Source: Myxococcales bacterium (GTDB taxonomy: Bacteria > Myxococcota_A > Polyangia > DRWM01 > JAAZOP01). Taken from it: a stretch of 38,776 bases of DNA. The stretch's first letter is position 1. Each line of letters opens with the position of its first letter. The translations under genes and the position numbers were made by a program. The stretch lies in assembly GCA_012797735.1 (NCBI GenBank), contig JAAZOP010000036.1:1-38776 (forward strand), in the 5' to 3' direction. The notes beneath the pieces were generated by a model that ran no database searches, was not told where the DNA came from, and saw only the letters and a list, made by a program, of their open reading frames with translations. This document shows positions 22,665-32,086 of this stretch, piece by piece.

Positions 22665-24718
22665 CACTGCACCCCGAAATGGAGGAACGGGAAGCCGAAC
22701 GGCACGTACCGCAGCACGGTCCACGCCTCTTCGAACATCGGCACCACGAACGAGACATCGCCCCAGATCGATTCCCCCATGATCCGAATACCGTAGATCA
22801 GGGTCCAGACCTCTCCGTAGGGGAAGACGTCGTCCCCCTCCTCATCGATCAGCCCCGGCGCCAGCAGCTCCGCGTTGAGCTTGACCATGCGCGACACGCG
22901 CCAGCTCCCGCCGACGCTCGGCAGGAACAGGACGAACGTGTACCGGTCGACCTCTTCGTTCGTGTCGTACCCGCCGGCGCTCCGGTCGAAGATCGTGGCG
23001 CCCCAGATCCCGAGCGCCAGGTTGAGGAAGGCGTCCGGGGAGCCGATGGTCAGCGCGGGGGTGGCGCCCCACACCAGGACCACGAGATCGATCTCGGGGT
23101 AGAGGAACCAGCAGCCGAGCTGGGTGTTGAGCCCGAGCGAGACGCTGTCGGCGACCTGCACGGTGAACCGCGCCGTGGGCGTCACGCCGACGTTCATGAT
23201 CGGGACGGTGACCGCCGCGCCCAACTCGACGTGCGGATTGAGGGTGTAGTCGAGGTTCCACATTCCGACGTCCGTGGTGCGGATGCTCCAGGTGCGCTCG
23301 CGCCGGAGCAGCGCGGTGGAAGTCCAGATCACGCGGCCGGGGTCCGGGTCCGCATAGGGCCAGCCGGCCGGCTCCTCCGGCCCCCCGGCCGGTTGCTCGA
23401 CTCCGGCCGGTCCCTCCAGCCCCTCCGGGATCGGCACCGGCGGCGGCACGGGCGGCAACGCTCCCGGCCCGGGAGCGGCCAGCCGGAGCGCCTCGCCGAG
23501 GTCCAGGACCATCCGCGAGAACTCGGAGCCCGTGGCCAGGTCCGGCGCGAAGGCGGCGCTGCGACGGCAGTCGTCGACCGCCCACTGCAGCCGGTCGAGC
23601 GCCGGGTTGCCGTTCTCCCGCCACGCCTCGAGCACCTCCTCGCGGGCGAGGAGGTTGAGGGGCATGCCGAGGCGCCGGAGGTCGCAGATCACGGTGTTCC
23701 AGTCGAGCATCGCCGCGAGGAGGGGGGCGAGGCCCGAGGCATCGGCGGCGTAGTTGCGCCGCAGCCGGCCGGTGCGCGTTCCGGCGTCGGCGGGTGCCGC
23801 CACGGCGCACGCGGTGGAGGGCGCCCCCGGCAGCGGCACCGCCGGACCCTCGGGTCGCAGCCAGCGGATGTCGATCGCCCCGGCGACGGCGGCGGCCAGG
23901 TCGTCGGTCGGCGCGGCGGCGCGCAGCGCCGCGAAGCCGGCCGCGGTCTCCACGGTTCGCATCGCCTCGGCCAGCGCGGAAGTCGGCAGCACGTACGCCA
24001 CCTCGGGGTCGTCCCGGTGCCGCATCGCCACCACGCCGACCCAGCGCCCGGCCTCGTCCAGCACCGGCGCGCCGAGCACTCCGGGCGCCGAGCGGACCGC
24101 GATCTCGCAGAGGCCGTAGACCCGCGGCTGCCGCACGGTCGCCTCGACCGGCCGCCCCGCCGCCCCCTGCGCGCCCGGGGTCACGGCAAAGACGGCGAGC
24201 CGCTGCCCGACCGTCACCGGGACGTCGGCGGCGGAGAGCGTGGCCGCCGCGGCGGGACGCGGCGCGGGGAGCAGGAACGCGACGTCGGTCGCCGGCGGCA
24301 GCGACACCCCGGCCGGTACCAGCTCCGGGGCGCCGGGCATCGCGAGCAGGACGAACGGGGCCCCGGCGACCACCGTGCGGGCGGTGACCGTCACGCCGTC
24401 GCCCGTCAGCGTGACGCCGGTGGCGACCGTGGCGACGGGGATGCCGAGCCGCTCGTCGCCGAACGGCTCGGTGCCCACGCTGCGCGGGACGATCACCGCC
24501 ACCGCGGCCGTCGTGGGCGGCACGATCGGCTCGCCGTCGTCCGGTTCCGGAACCGGTTCCACGGCCGCGGGCGGGAGAGGCGGCGCATCGGGGGGCGGGA
24601 TCGGCTCGCCGGGCGGCGCGATCTGCGCCGCCGCCGCCGCCGGCAGACAGAGCGGCAACAGGGCGATCGCGAGCCGAGCCGTCCGGGATGTGCCGGGAAG
24701 CCGCCGCCGCCGCTGCAT
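22661..24718 (-). CDS. Exported protein: degenerate trypsin/HtrA-like domain plus C-terminal probable beta-barrel
   Basis: Signal peptide ending AAA-Q; Pro-rich linker; trypsin-like TGVTLTGDGVTVTARTVV / DVAFL / PGVLGAPVLDEAGRWVGV; second Pro-rich linker; aromatic amphipathic C-domain ending FLHFGVQW. Start at 24718 or 24727. Confidence 0.65.
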   Translation of the reverse strand: MQRRRRLPGTSRTARLAIALLPLCLPAAAAAQIAPPGEPIPPPDAPPLPPAAVEPVPEPDDGEPIVPPTTAAVAVIVPRSVGTEPFGDERLGIPVATVATGVTLTGDGVTVTARTVVAGAPFVLLAMPGAPELVPAGVSLPPATDVAFLLPAPRPAAAATLSAADVPVTVGQRLAVFAVTPGAQGAAGRPVEATVRQPRVYGLCEIAVRSAPGVLGAPVLDEAGRWVGVVAMRHRDDPEVAYVLPTSALAEAMRTVETAAGFAALRAAAPTDDLAAAVAGAIDIRWLRPEGPAVPLPGAPSTACAVAAPADAGTRTGRLRRNYAADASGLAPLLAAMLDWNTVICDLRRLGMPLNLLAREEVLEAWRENGNPALDRLQWAVDDCRRSAAFAPDLATGSEFSRMVLDLGEALRLAAPGPGALPPVPPPVPIPEGLEGPAGVEQPAGGPEEPAGWPYADPDPGRVIWTSTALLRRERTWSIRTTDVGMWNLDYTLNPHVELGAAVTVPIMNVGVTPTARFTVQVADSVSLGLNTQLGCWFLYPEIDLVVLVWGATPALTIGSPDAFLNLALGIWGATIFDRSAGGYDTNEEVDRYTFVLFLPSVGGSWRVSRMVKLNAELLAPGLIDEEGDDVFPYGEVWTLIYGIRIMGESIWGDVSFVVPMFEEAWTVLRYVPFGFPFLHFGVQW

Positions 24719-24809
24719 CGGACGCATCGTCGCACGAAACGGCCGCGGAGGTCCACCGTCGGCGCGGCGCGGCCGGGGGCGGCGAAGGCGCCGGGCTTCC
24801 ATCGGTGGT

Positions 24810-24837
24810 TTGCCGCGGGGCTGAAACGAGGTATTCT
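24810..24837 (+). promoter_or_regulatory. Candidate sigma70-type promoter for the repeat lipoprotein
   Basis: TTGCCG-16 nt-TATTCT upstream of ATG 24902. Confidence 0.3.
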
Positions 24838-24901
24838 GCACGAGCGCCCGGGACGAAACACGGCGTCGGGCCGTCCTCGCCGGGCCGGGAGGGACCGGAA
24901 G

Positions 24902-26059
24902 ATGAAGCGCAACGCGATCCTGTGGACGCTGGCCGCGGCGGCGGGGTTGCTCGGAGCCGCGGGTTGCGGCGACGACACCTCGACCCCGACCGAGGACTGC
25001 ACGAACGACACCGACGACGACGGCGACGGCCAGGCCGACTGCAACGACTCCGACTGCACGGCGCACCCGCACTGCACGTCGGTGACCTCCGAGGTCGACT
25101 GCGACGACCTGCGCGACGACGACGGCGACGGGCGGACCGACTGCGACGACTCGGACTGCGCCGGAGCCGCGGTGTGCGTGCCGCGGGAGACCTCGTGCCG
25201 CAACGGGGTCGATGACGACGGCGACGGGCGGACGGACTGCGAGGACGACGAGTGCGACGGGCGCCCGCCGTGCGGGGTGACGGAGGAGACGAACTGCGAG
25301 GACGCCGTGGACGACGATGGGGACGGGCAGACGGACTGCGACGACGGGGACTGCGACGACGACCCGGCCTGCGGGGGAACCCCCGAGACGGACTGCGCGA
25401 ACGCCGTGGACGACGACGGGGATGGGCAGACGGACTGCGACGACGGGGACTGCGCGGCGGACGCACACTGCGTCCCGGAGAGCGACTGCAACGACACGGT
25501 GGACAACGACCTGGACGGGGCGACGGACTGCGACGACAGCGATTGCGCGGCGGCAGCGGTGTGCCTGCCGGAGAGCGACTGCGGGAACACGGTGGACGAC
25601 GACCTGGACGGGGCGACGGACTGCGACGACAGCGACTGCGCGGCCGACCCGGCGTGCTACGTCACCGGCAACGACAGCTGCACGAGTCCGCATGTGCTGC
25701 CGGACGATCCGAACGGGACGTGGCGGGGCGCGATCGATGCGCTGGCCAGCGACCACCGCGGCACTTGCGGCGGCAACGGCGGCCGGGACGCCGTGTTCCA
25801 GTTCACCACGACCGCCCGGGCGACGATCACCGCCTCGTTGGAGGGGAGCACGTTCGACACGGTGCTGTACCTGCGCAGCGGCGCGTGCACGGTTCCGGGC
25901 ATGACGGAAGAGGCGTGCAACGACAACGCCTCGGCCGGGGTCACCTGGTCGCGGATCAGCACGACCGAGAATGCCGGCACGTACTGGCTCGTCGTGGACG
26001 CCGCCTCCGCCGCCACGACGACCGGCACGTACGTCCTGACGATCACGGTCACGCCCTGA
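24902..26059 (+). CDS. Lipoprotein with seven Cys/Asp-rich putative metal (Ca2+)-binding repeats and a C-terminal PPC-like domain
   Basis: MKRN..LLGAAGC lipobox; 7 copies of E-x(1-2)-C-x4-DxDxDGxxDCxDx(D/E)C-x5-C; C-domain GNDSC..FDTVLYLR..C..ACND..GTYWLVVD..GTYVLTI. Confidence 0.88.
   Translation: MKRNAILWTLAAAAGLLGAAGCGDDTSTPTEDCTNDTDDDGDGQADCNDSDCTAHPHCTSVTSEVDCDDLRDDDGDGRTDCDDSDCAGAAVCVPRETSCRNGVDDDGDGRTDCEDDECDGRPPCGVTEETNCEDAVDDDGDGQTDCDDGDCDDDPACGGTPETDCANAVDDDGDGQTDCDDGDCAADAHCVPESDCNDTVDNDLDGATDCDDSDCAAAAVCLPESDCGNTVDDDLDGATDCDDSDCAADPACYVTGNDSCTSPHVLPDDPNGTWRGAIDALASDHRGTCGGNGGRDAVFQFTTTARATITASLEGSTFDTVLYLRSGACTVPGMTEEACNDNASAGVTWSRISTTENAGTYWLVVDAASAATTTGTYVLTITVTP
24992..25657 (+). 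repeat. Seven coding tandem repeats of about 93-99 bp
   Basis: Units 4/5 (period 99) and 6/7 (period 93) are nearly identical at DNA level. Confidence 0.9.
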
Positions 26060-26108
26060 CGGCTCGTCCGAGCCTCGACCTCCGGATCTCCCGGCTGCCC
26101 GGCGCGCC

Positions 26109-26639
26109 CTACTTCTTGCGCGGGTTGGCGGTGTGCACGTTGCCGGCGGTGTCGCTGATCGACAGCAGCAGGTTCCGCTCGTAGATCAGGTGCGGTCGCG
26201 CCTCGACGGGGCGTGGGTGCAGTCCGGTGTCCATGCGGATCGCGTCGCACGGGCAGGCCTCGACGCACAGCCCGCACGACACGCAGCGCAGTTCGTCGAT
26301 CCAGAACTCCACCGGGTACTTCTCGACGTGGGCCAGCGGGTGCTCCGGCGGGTACTCGCCGGCGACGATGTGGATGCACTCGGCGGGGCAGGCGGTCTGG
26401 CAGCACAGGCAGGCGGTGCAGCGGGGGGCGCCGTCGTCGCGCTGGGTGAGGCGGTGGAGGCCGCGGAAGCGCGGCGGGTAGGGCCGGCGCTGTTCGGGGT
26501 AGAGCAGCGTGACGGTGTCGCGGCGTCCGAAGACGTTGCGAAAGAAGTGGCGCAGCGTGACGCCCAGGCCGCGCACCGTCTCCGGGACGTACGACTGCTC
26601 CCAGAGGTTGCGGTCGGGACGGCGGACGACGTACGGCAT
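26109..26639 (-). CDS. nuoI: NADH-quinone oxidoreductase subunit I
   Basis: YPEQRR...RFRGLHRL, CTACLCCQTACP, CVSCGLCVEACPCDAI. Confidence 0.93.
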   Translation of the reverse strand: MPYVVRRPDRNLWEQSYVPETVRGLGVTLRHFFRNVFGRRDTVTLLYPEQRRPYPPRFRGLHRLTQRDDGAPRCTACLCCQTACPAECIHIVAGEYPPEHPLAHVEKYPVEFWIDELRCVSCGLCVEACPCDAIRMDTGLHPRPVEARPHLIYERNLLLSISDTAGNVHTANPRKK

Positions 26640-26649
26640 GCCCGGCCTC

Positions 26650-27774
26650 CTAGCGCAGCGCCGCCAGCACGACGGCGGTGACGGCGATGTTGCCCAGCGA
26701 GAGCGGCAGCAGGACCTTCCAGCCGAGGTCCATCAGCTGGTCGTAGCGGAAGCGCGGCAGGGTCCAGCGCAGCGCCATCTGCAGGAAGACCATCGCGCCC
26801 ACCTTGACGGTGAACCCGAGGAGCTGGACCAGCACGACGACCCCGTGCGGCCAGTTCCAGACCCAGGTGTCGAGGAACGGCAGATCGACGTGCAGTCCGT
26901 CGGCGAACAGGAACGGAACGTCCCACCCGCCGAGGAAGAACACGGTGAGGAGGATCGCGAGGACGACGATTTCCATCAGCTCGCCGAGGAAGAACATGGC
27001 GAACTTCATGCCCGAGTACTCGAGGAAGTAGCCGGCGACGATCTCCGACTCGCCCTCGGGCAGGTCGAAGGGCACGCGCTTGCTCTCGGCGATCCCGGCG
27101 ACCAGGAACAGCAGGAACGCCAGGGGCTGCACCAGGATGCCCCAGACGTGCTGGTGCTGCCACAGGACCATCTGCTCGATGCGCAGGGTGCCGAAGACGA
27201 GGATGCAGCCGACGAGCGAGGCGCCGAGGGTCACCTCGTAGGAGATCATCTGGCTCGCGGCGCGCAGCGAGCCCAGCAGCGAGAAGCGGTTGTCCGAGGC
27301 GGCGCCGGCGAGCACCGCGCCGACGACGCCGGTGCCGGCGATGGCCAGCACGAACAGGAGGCCGACGTCGATCGTCGCGACCTGCAGCGTCGTGGCCCAG
27401 GGGCCGGAGAACAGCGGGCCCTCGTGGTTGACGGCGCCGAGATGGGCGAAGTCGAGCGTGGGGCCGAAGGGGACGACGGCGAAGGTGACGACCACCGGGA
27501 AGAAGGCGAGGATCGGGGCCAGGGCGTGCAGCAGCCGGTCGGCGCGCCGCGGGATGAAGTCCTCCTTGACCATCATCTTCAGACCGTCGGCGAGGATGTG
27601 GATCAGGCCCCACAGGCGGAACCGCCCGAGGTTGGCCCGGTGGGGGCCGACGCGGTCCTGCATCATCGCCGACAGCCGCCGTTCGACCCAGACCATCAGC
27701 GCGCCGCCGGTGAGGATGAACAGCACGAAAGCGACGATCTTCGCGACGGTCATCCAGACGAAGAAGGCGTTCAT
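26650..27774 (-). CDS. nuoH: NADH-quinone oxidoreductase subunit H
   Basis: ERR.SA.MQDRVGP, ADGLK..KED, LRAASQMISYE, AESKRVPFDLPEGESE, RWTLPRFRYDQLM..GWK. Confidence 0.96.
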   Translation of the reverse strand: MNAFFVWMTVAKIVAFVLFILTGGALMVWVERRLSAMMQDRVGPHRANLGRFRLWGLIHILADGLKMMVKEDFIPRRADRLLHALAPILAFFPVVVTFAVVPFGPTLDFAHLGAVNHEGPLFSGPWATTLQVATIDVGLLFVLAIAGTGVVGAVLAGAASDNRFSLLGSLRAASQMISYEVTLGASLVGCILVFGTLRIEQMVLWQHQHVWGILVQPLAFLLFLVAGIAESKRVPFDLPEGESEIVAGYFLEYSGMKFAMFFLGELMEIVVLAILLTVFFLGGWDVPFLFADGLHVDLPFLDTWVWNWPHGVVVLVQLLGFTVKVGAMVFLQMALRWTLPRFRYDQLMDLGWKVLLPLSLGNIAVTAVVLAALR

Positions 27775-29300
27775 GGCGCACCTCCCTCCGCCGCCGGCCG
27801 GGGCAGCCGCGGCGCCACGGCCGCCCGGACGTCCGCCGCGCTGCGGAACGGCAGGCCCAGGTCCAGGCGGCGGGCCAGGCGTGCCAACAGGTCGGGAACC
27901 TCGAGCGCCTCGCCGCGGGGCGACATCGCCTGCGGAAACTCCTGCGCCTGCCCGCGGGCGTTGACGTAGGTCCCGGCCGTTTCGGCGAACGACGGGCTCG
28001 GCAGCCGCACGTGCGCCGCCTCGGGGAGCGGGCCCCGCCGCGGGGCGATCGACACCAGCGCCTCCAGCCGCAGCAGGCCGGCCGCGGCGGCGGGGCCCTG
28101 GGTCGCCGCGGCGGCGCCGAGCGCCACGGCGCCGCGGATCGAGCCCGCGGTCGCCTCATCGACAAGGCGTTCCAGGGGCTCCGGTTCGGCGCCGAGCATC
28201 GATCGTACGCCGGCGCGGTTCGGGTTCTTGTCGGCGTGGCGCAGCAGGTCGTCCGCCGTACCGGCCGTCCGCCCGGTCACGAAGAAGCGCTCGACCCCGA
28301 GCGCCTCGCGGGCGAAGGCGGCCAGCGCCCAGTTCTCCTCGCAGGAGTGCTCGGCCGAGAGCACCGCGGCCCGCTGGGTCTTCGGCACCTTCCGCAGCAG
28401 GGTCGCCGCCTCCGCCAGCGCCTCGTCCCAGGCGACCGGCCGGGCGTCGTCGCCGCGCCCCAGTTCGGGAGCGGTCAGGCGGTGGTCGTTGTGCAGGCGG
28501 AACGCCAGCACGCCGTCGTCGCAGAGCCAGCTCCGGTTGAGCGCCGGATTCTCGCGCGGGCGGAGCCGGAACGCCTCGCCGCGATGGTGATCCAGGAACG
28601 CGTTGCAGCCGGTGGCGCAACCGGGGCAGATCGTGGGGGTCGAGGCGAGGAACCAGACGCGGCACTGGAAGCGGAAGTCCCGGGACGTCAGCGCGCCGAC
28701 GGGGCAGACATGGGCGGTCATCAGCGAGTACGCATGGTCGAGGGTGCGGCCGGGGGCGACGGCGATCTCCGAGTGGTCGCCGCGATGGACTTCGATCAGG
28801 ACCGGGTCCCGGACGACCTCCGCGCAGAACCGGACGCAGCGGGTGCACATCACGCACCGTTCGGCGTCGTAGATCACGTGCGGGCCGAAGATCGCGCGCT
28901 TGCGCTTGCGGACTTTCCCCTCCTCGGACCACAGCCGCGAGGCCTTGAGGTCGTACAGCATGTAGTAGTCCTGGAGCTTGCACTCGCCGGCCTGGTCGCA
29001 GATCGGGCAATCGACCGGGTGGTTGAGCAGCAGGTACTCCATCATCGCCCGGCGCGCCTCGCGGACCTTCGGGGTGTCGGTATGGACGACCATGCCGTCG
29101 GCGGCCTCCAGCTGGCAGGACGGCTGGAGCTTGGGCTGCTTCTCGACCTCGACCAGGCACATCCGGCAATTCGCCGCGACGGACAGCTCGGGGTGCCAGC
29201 AGAAGTGGGGGATGTCGATGCCCAGCGCGCGGGCCGCCGCGATGACCGTCGTGCCCTCGGCGACCTCGATCTCCCGTCCATCGATCGTCAGCTTCCGCAT
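27771..29300 (-). CDS. nuoG: NADH-quinone oxidoreductase subunit G (short form, 509 aa)
   Basis: IPHFCWH..ANCRMCLVE..C; HPVDCPICDQAGECKLQD; CVMCTRC..CPVGAL; CPGCATGC..LCDDG; reduced molybdopterin-fold remainder. Confidence 0.9.
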   Translation of the reverse strand: MRKLTIDGREIEVAEGTTVIAAARALGIDIPHFCWHPELSVAANCRMCLVEVEKQPKLQPSCQLEAADGMVVHTDTPKVREARRAMMEYLLLNHPVDCPICDQAGECKLQDYYMLYDLKASRLWSEEGKVRKRKRAIFGPHVIYDAERCVMCTRCVRFCAEVVRDPVLIEVHRGDHSEIAVAPGRTLDHAYSLMTAHVCPVGALTSRDFRFQCRVWFLASTPTICPGCATGCNAFLDHHRGEAFRLRPRENPALNRSWLCDDGVLAFRLHNDHRLTAPELGRGDDARPVAWDEALAEAATLLRKVPKTQRAAVLSAEHSCEENWALAAFAREALGVERFFVTGRTAGTADDLLRHADKNPNRAGVRSMLGAEPEPLERLVDEATAGSIRGAVALGAAAATQGPAAAAGLLRLEALVSIAPRRGPLPEAAHVRLPSPSFAETAGTYVNARGQAQEFPQAMSPRGEALEVPDLLARLARRLDLGLPFRSAADVRAAVAPRLPRPAAEGGAP

Positions 29301-29310
29301 CTCCCGGCTC

Positions 29311-30513
29311 CTAGCGATCGCACTCGCCGCCGATCATGTTGATCGACCCGAACGTCGGAATGATGTCGGGCAACAGCCGCCCGCGGACCAGTTCCGGCAG
29401 CGCCTGCAGATTGGCGAAGCAGGGGGGCCGGACGCGGCACTTGTGCGGCCGCCCGCCGCCCGTCGAGACGATGTAGAACCCGAGCTCGCCGTTCGCCGCC
29501 TCCGTGTAGGAGTAGACCTCGCCTGCCGGAACCTGGATCCCCTCGGTGACGATCTTGAAGTGCTGGATCGTCCGTTCGATCGTGGTGTAGGTCTGGAGCT
29601 TGTCGGGGAGGATGACGCCGAGGTCGTCGGGGACGGCGATCGGGCCGTCGGGAAGCCGGCGCAGCGCCTGGTCGATGATGCGCGCGCTCTGGCGGATCTC
29701 CTCCAGGCGCACGACGAAGCGGTCGTAGTTGTCGCCGCGGCTGCCGACGGGGATGTCGAAGTCGAACTGGTCGTAGACGAGGTAGGGGTGGATCTTGCGC
29801 ACGTCGTAGGCCACGCCGGTGGAGCGCAGGCAGGGGCCGGTCCAGCCGTACGCCAGCGCGCGCTCGGGGGAGATCGCGCCGACGTCCATCGTGCGGTCCA
29901 TGAACACGCGGTTGCGCAGCAGCAGCTTCTCGGAGTCCTCGACCGCGGCCAGCGTCTTCTGCAGCGCCGCGCGCAGCCGCTCGTCGAACCCCTCCGGCAG
30001 GTCGTGCCGCAGGCCGCCGATGCGGCAGAACGAGTGGGTGACGCGGGCGCCGGTGACCTCCTCCAGGAGTTCGAACAGCCATTCGCGGGCCTTGACGAGG
30101 TAGAGGAAGACGGTGAACGCGCCGAGTTCCATCGCCATGGCGGCGTTGCAGACGCAGTGGTCGCAGATCCGGGCGACCTCGCCGAGGATCACGCGCAGGT
30201 ACTGGCAGCGGGGCGGGACGGTGATCCCGAGCAGTTTCTCGACGGCGAGGGCGTAGCCGATGTTGTTGAGCAGCGGGGAGGCGTAGTTCAGGCGGTCGGT
30301 GTAGGGGAAGACCTGGGTCCACGTCCCCGCCTCGCACTCCTTCTCGAAGCCGCGGTGCAGGTAGCCGATCTGGACGTCGCAGTCGACGACCTGCTCCCCG
30401 TCGAGCCGCAGCACGCAGCGCACCGTGCCGTGCATCGCCGGATGGCTCGGCCCCATGTTCAGGACCATCGGGTCCGCCGGCAGGACCAGTTCCTCTTCCC
30501 GGTACTCTTCCAT
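29311..30513 (-). CDS. nuoD: NADH-quinone oxidoreductase subunit D
   Basis: NMGPSHPAMHG, GYLHRGFEK, DRLNY, GPCLRSTG, EAANGELG, C-terminal GGECDR. Confidence 0.96.
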   Translation of the reverse strand: MEEYREEELVLPADPMVLNMGPSHPAMHGTVRCVLRLDGEQVVDCDVQIGYLHRGFEKECEAGTWTQVFPYTDRLNYASPLLNNIGYALAVEKLLGITVPPRCQYLRVILGEVARICDHCVCNAAMAMELGAFTVFLYLVKAREWLFELLEEVTGARVTHSFCRIGGLRHDLPEGFDERLRAALQKTLAAVEDSEKLLLRNRVFMDRTMDVGAISPERALAYGWTGPCLRSTGVAYDVRKIHPYLVYDQFDFDIPVGSRGDNYDRFVVRLEEIRQSARIIDQALRRLPDGPIAVPDDLGVILPDKLQTYTTIERTIQHFKIVTEGIQVPAGEVYSYTEAANGELGFYIVSTGGGRPHKCRVRPPCFANLQALPELVRGRLLPDIIPTFGSINMIGGECDR

Positions 30514-30546
30514 CTCTCTTCCCTCTCCCGGCTCCTCGCCCTTCCC

Positions 30547-31068
30547 CTAGTGCGGTCGTTCGGGGAACGGCGGCGGCTGGGGCGGAGCGTCGTCGCGCAT
30601 CGGCACGAGCGGCTGGCGCTTCTCCTTCGGGTAGTCCTTGCGCAGCGGGTGCCCCTGGAACTCGTCGTACAGCAGGATCCGGCGCAGGTCGGGGTGTCCG
30701 ACGAAGCGCACCCCGTACATGTCGAACGCCTCCCGCTCGAACCAGTTCGCCGCCGGCCACAGGCCGGAGAGCGACGGGCAGGTGCAATCCTCCTCCGGGA
30801 CGCCGACCTTGACGCGCAGCCGTTCGCTGGAGCGCCACGCCTTGAGGTGCAGCACCACCTCGAACCGCGGCTTGCGGTCGGGCCAATCGACGCAGGTCAG
30901 GTCGACGAAGAAGTCCATCGCGGTGCCGGGGGAGTCCTTGAGGAACCGGACGACCTCGAGGTAGTCCTCGCGGCGGACGACGACCGTGTCGTCGCCGCGG
31001 AAGGCGTGGGTTTCGAGGACCGCCTGGGGGAAGCGGGCGCGGACCAGATCGACGATGCGTTGCGACAT
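30547..31068 (-). CDS. nuoC: NADH-quinone oxidoreductase subunit C
   Basis: ANWFEREAFDMYG..F.GHPDLRRIL....F.GHPLRKDYP. Confidence 0.96.
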   Translation of the reverse strand: MSQRIVDLVRARFPQAVLETHAFRGDDTVVVRREDYLEVVRFLKDSPGTAMDFFVDLTCVDWPDRKPRFEVVLHLKAWRSSERLRVKVGVPEEDCTCPSLSGLWPAANWFEREAFDMYGVRFVGHPDLRRILLYDEFQGHPLRKDYPKEKRQPLVPMRDDAPPQPPPFPERPH

Positions 31069-31078
31069 GGCGCGCCTC

Positions 31079-31633
31079 TCAGCCGGCCTTCCGGCCTGCG
31101 CCCGGTTGCTGCTGCTGCCAGCGCGACAGTTCGCCCCGGCCGACCTTCTCCTGCAGCAGCATCAGCCCTTCGATCACCGCCTCGGGACGGGGCGGACAGC
31201 CCGGGATGTAGACGTCGCAGGGCAGGATCTTGTCGATGCCCTGGACGACCGAGTAGTTGTCGTAGAACCCACCGACGGCGGCGCAGGTGCCGAAGGCGAC
31301 GACCCACTTCGGTTCGCACATCTGCTCGTAGACCCGCCGGAGCGCCGGCGCCTGCTTGTGGACGATCGTGCCGACGACCCACAGCACGTCGCTCTGGCGC
31401 GGCGACCAGCGCGGGATTTCCGCGCCGAACCGCGACATGTCGAAGTGCGCGCACATCGTCGACATGAACTCCATCGCGCAGCACGCGGTGACGAACGGGT
31501 ACTGGAACAGCGACCAGCGGCGGGCCCAGGCGAGCAGCGGGTCGAGTCTGGTGGTGAGCCAGCCGGCCTGCGGGGCGCCCGCCGGGCCGGGCGGCGGCCC
31601 GCCCGCGGGGGGACGATCGCCTACTCCTCCCAT
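31079..31633 (-). CDS. nuoB: NADH-quinone oxidoreductase subunit B
   Basis: TACCAMEF, SPRQSD, YEQMCEPKWV..G.CA..GG, DVYIPGCPPRPE. ATG 31633 overlaps the nuoA 3' end. It is the C-terminal part of the 1656-aa ORF-track entry. Confidence 0.95.
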   Translation of the reverse strand: MGGVGDRPPAGGPPPGPAGAPQAGWLTTRLDPLLAWARRWSLFQYPFVTACCAMEFMSTMCAHFDMSRFGAEIPRWSPRQSDVLWVVGTIVHKQAPALRRVYEQMCEPKWVVAFGTCAAVGGFYDNYSVVQGIDKILPCDVYIPGCPPRPEAVIEGLMLLQEKVGRGELSRWQQQQPGAGRKAG

Positions 31634-31980
31634 CGCAACGCTCCTTTCCGGACCAGGTACAGGAGGGCCACGCCGAGCACCGCGAGGAACAGCAGCATCG
31701 CGAACAGGCCGCGCCGGCCGAGTTCCCCGAAGGCGGCAGCCCACGGATACAGGAACGCCAACTCGACGTCGAACACCACCAGCAGGATCGCCGTGACGAA
31801 GAACTTCGCCGACAGCCGGATGCCGCCCGTGCCGGTCGTCTCCGACCCGCACTCGTACGGGATCAGCTTCTCGCGCGTCGGGTTCTTCGGGCCGGTGAAG
31901 TGCCCGAGCATCCAGACCGCCACGGCCAGGAAGAGGCCGAAGGCGAGCGCCAGCAGGATCGGGAAATAGGCCGTTGCCAT
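31621..31980 (-). CDS. nuoA: NADH-quinone oxidoreductase subunit A
   Basis: K..PYECG, FDVELAFLYPW, KGALRW; three TM helices. Confidence 0.96.
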   Translation of the reverse strand: MATAYFPILLALAFGLFLAVAVWMLGHFTGPKNPTREKLIPYECGSETTGTGGIRLSAKFFVTAILLVVFDVELAFLYPWAAAFGELGRRGLFAMLLFLAVLGVALLYLVRKGALRWEE

Positions 31981-32057
31981 GCAGGGTTCCTCCCGCCACC
32001 CGGGTCCGGGACGGGGGCTGCGGACCGCCGCTCCCCCAGAATCCCGATCTTCCGGGG

Positions 32058-32086
32058 TTGATACGGGAAGCCCCCGGGGAAGTCAA
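32058..32086 (-). promoter_or_regulatory. Candidate sigma70-type promoter of the nuo cluster
   Basis: Minus strand TTGACT-17 nt-TATCAA, about 80 nt upstream of nuoA. Confidence 0.45.

Noticed and set aside
24992-25657. CRISPR-like periodicity
   Set aside because: Repeats are in-frame, degenerate at codon third positions and encode a protein motif; no unique spacers or cas genes.
29311-30513. Group 4 [NiFe]-hydrogenase large subunit (the protein has several Cys)
   Set aside because: Lacks the RxCxxC and DPCxxC Ni-binding motifs; has the quinone-site HPAMHG and DRLNY of NuoD.
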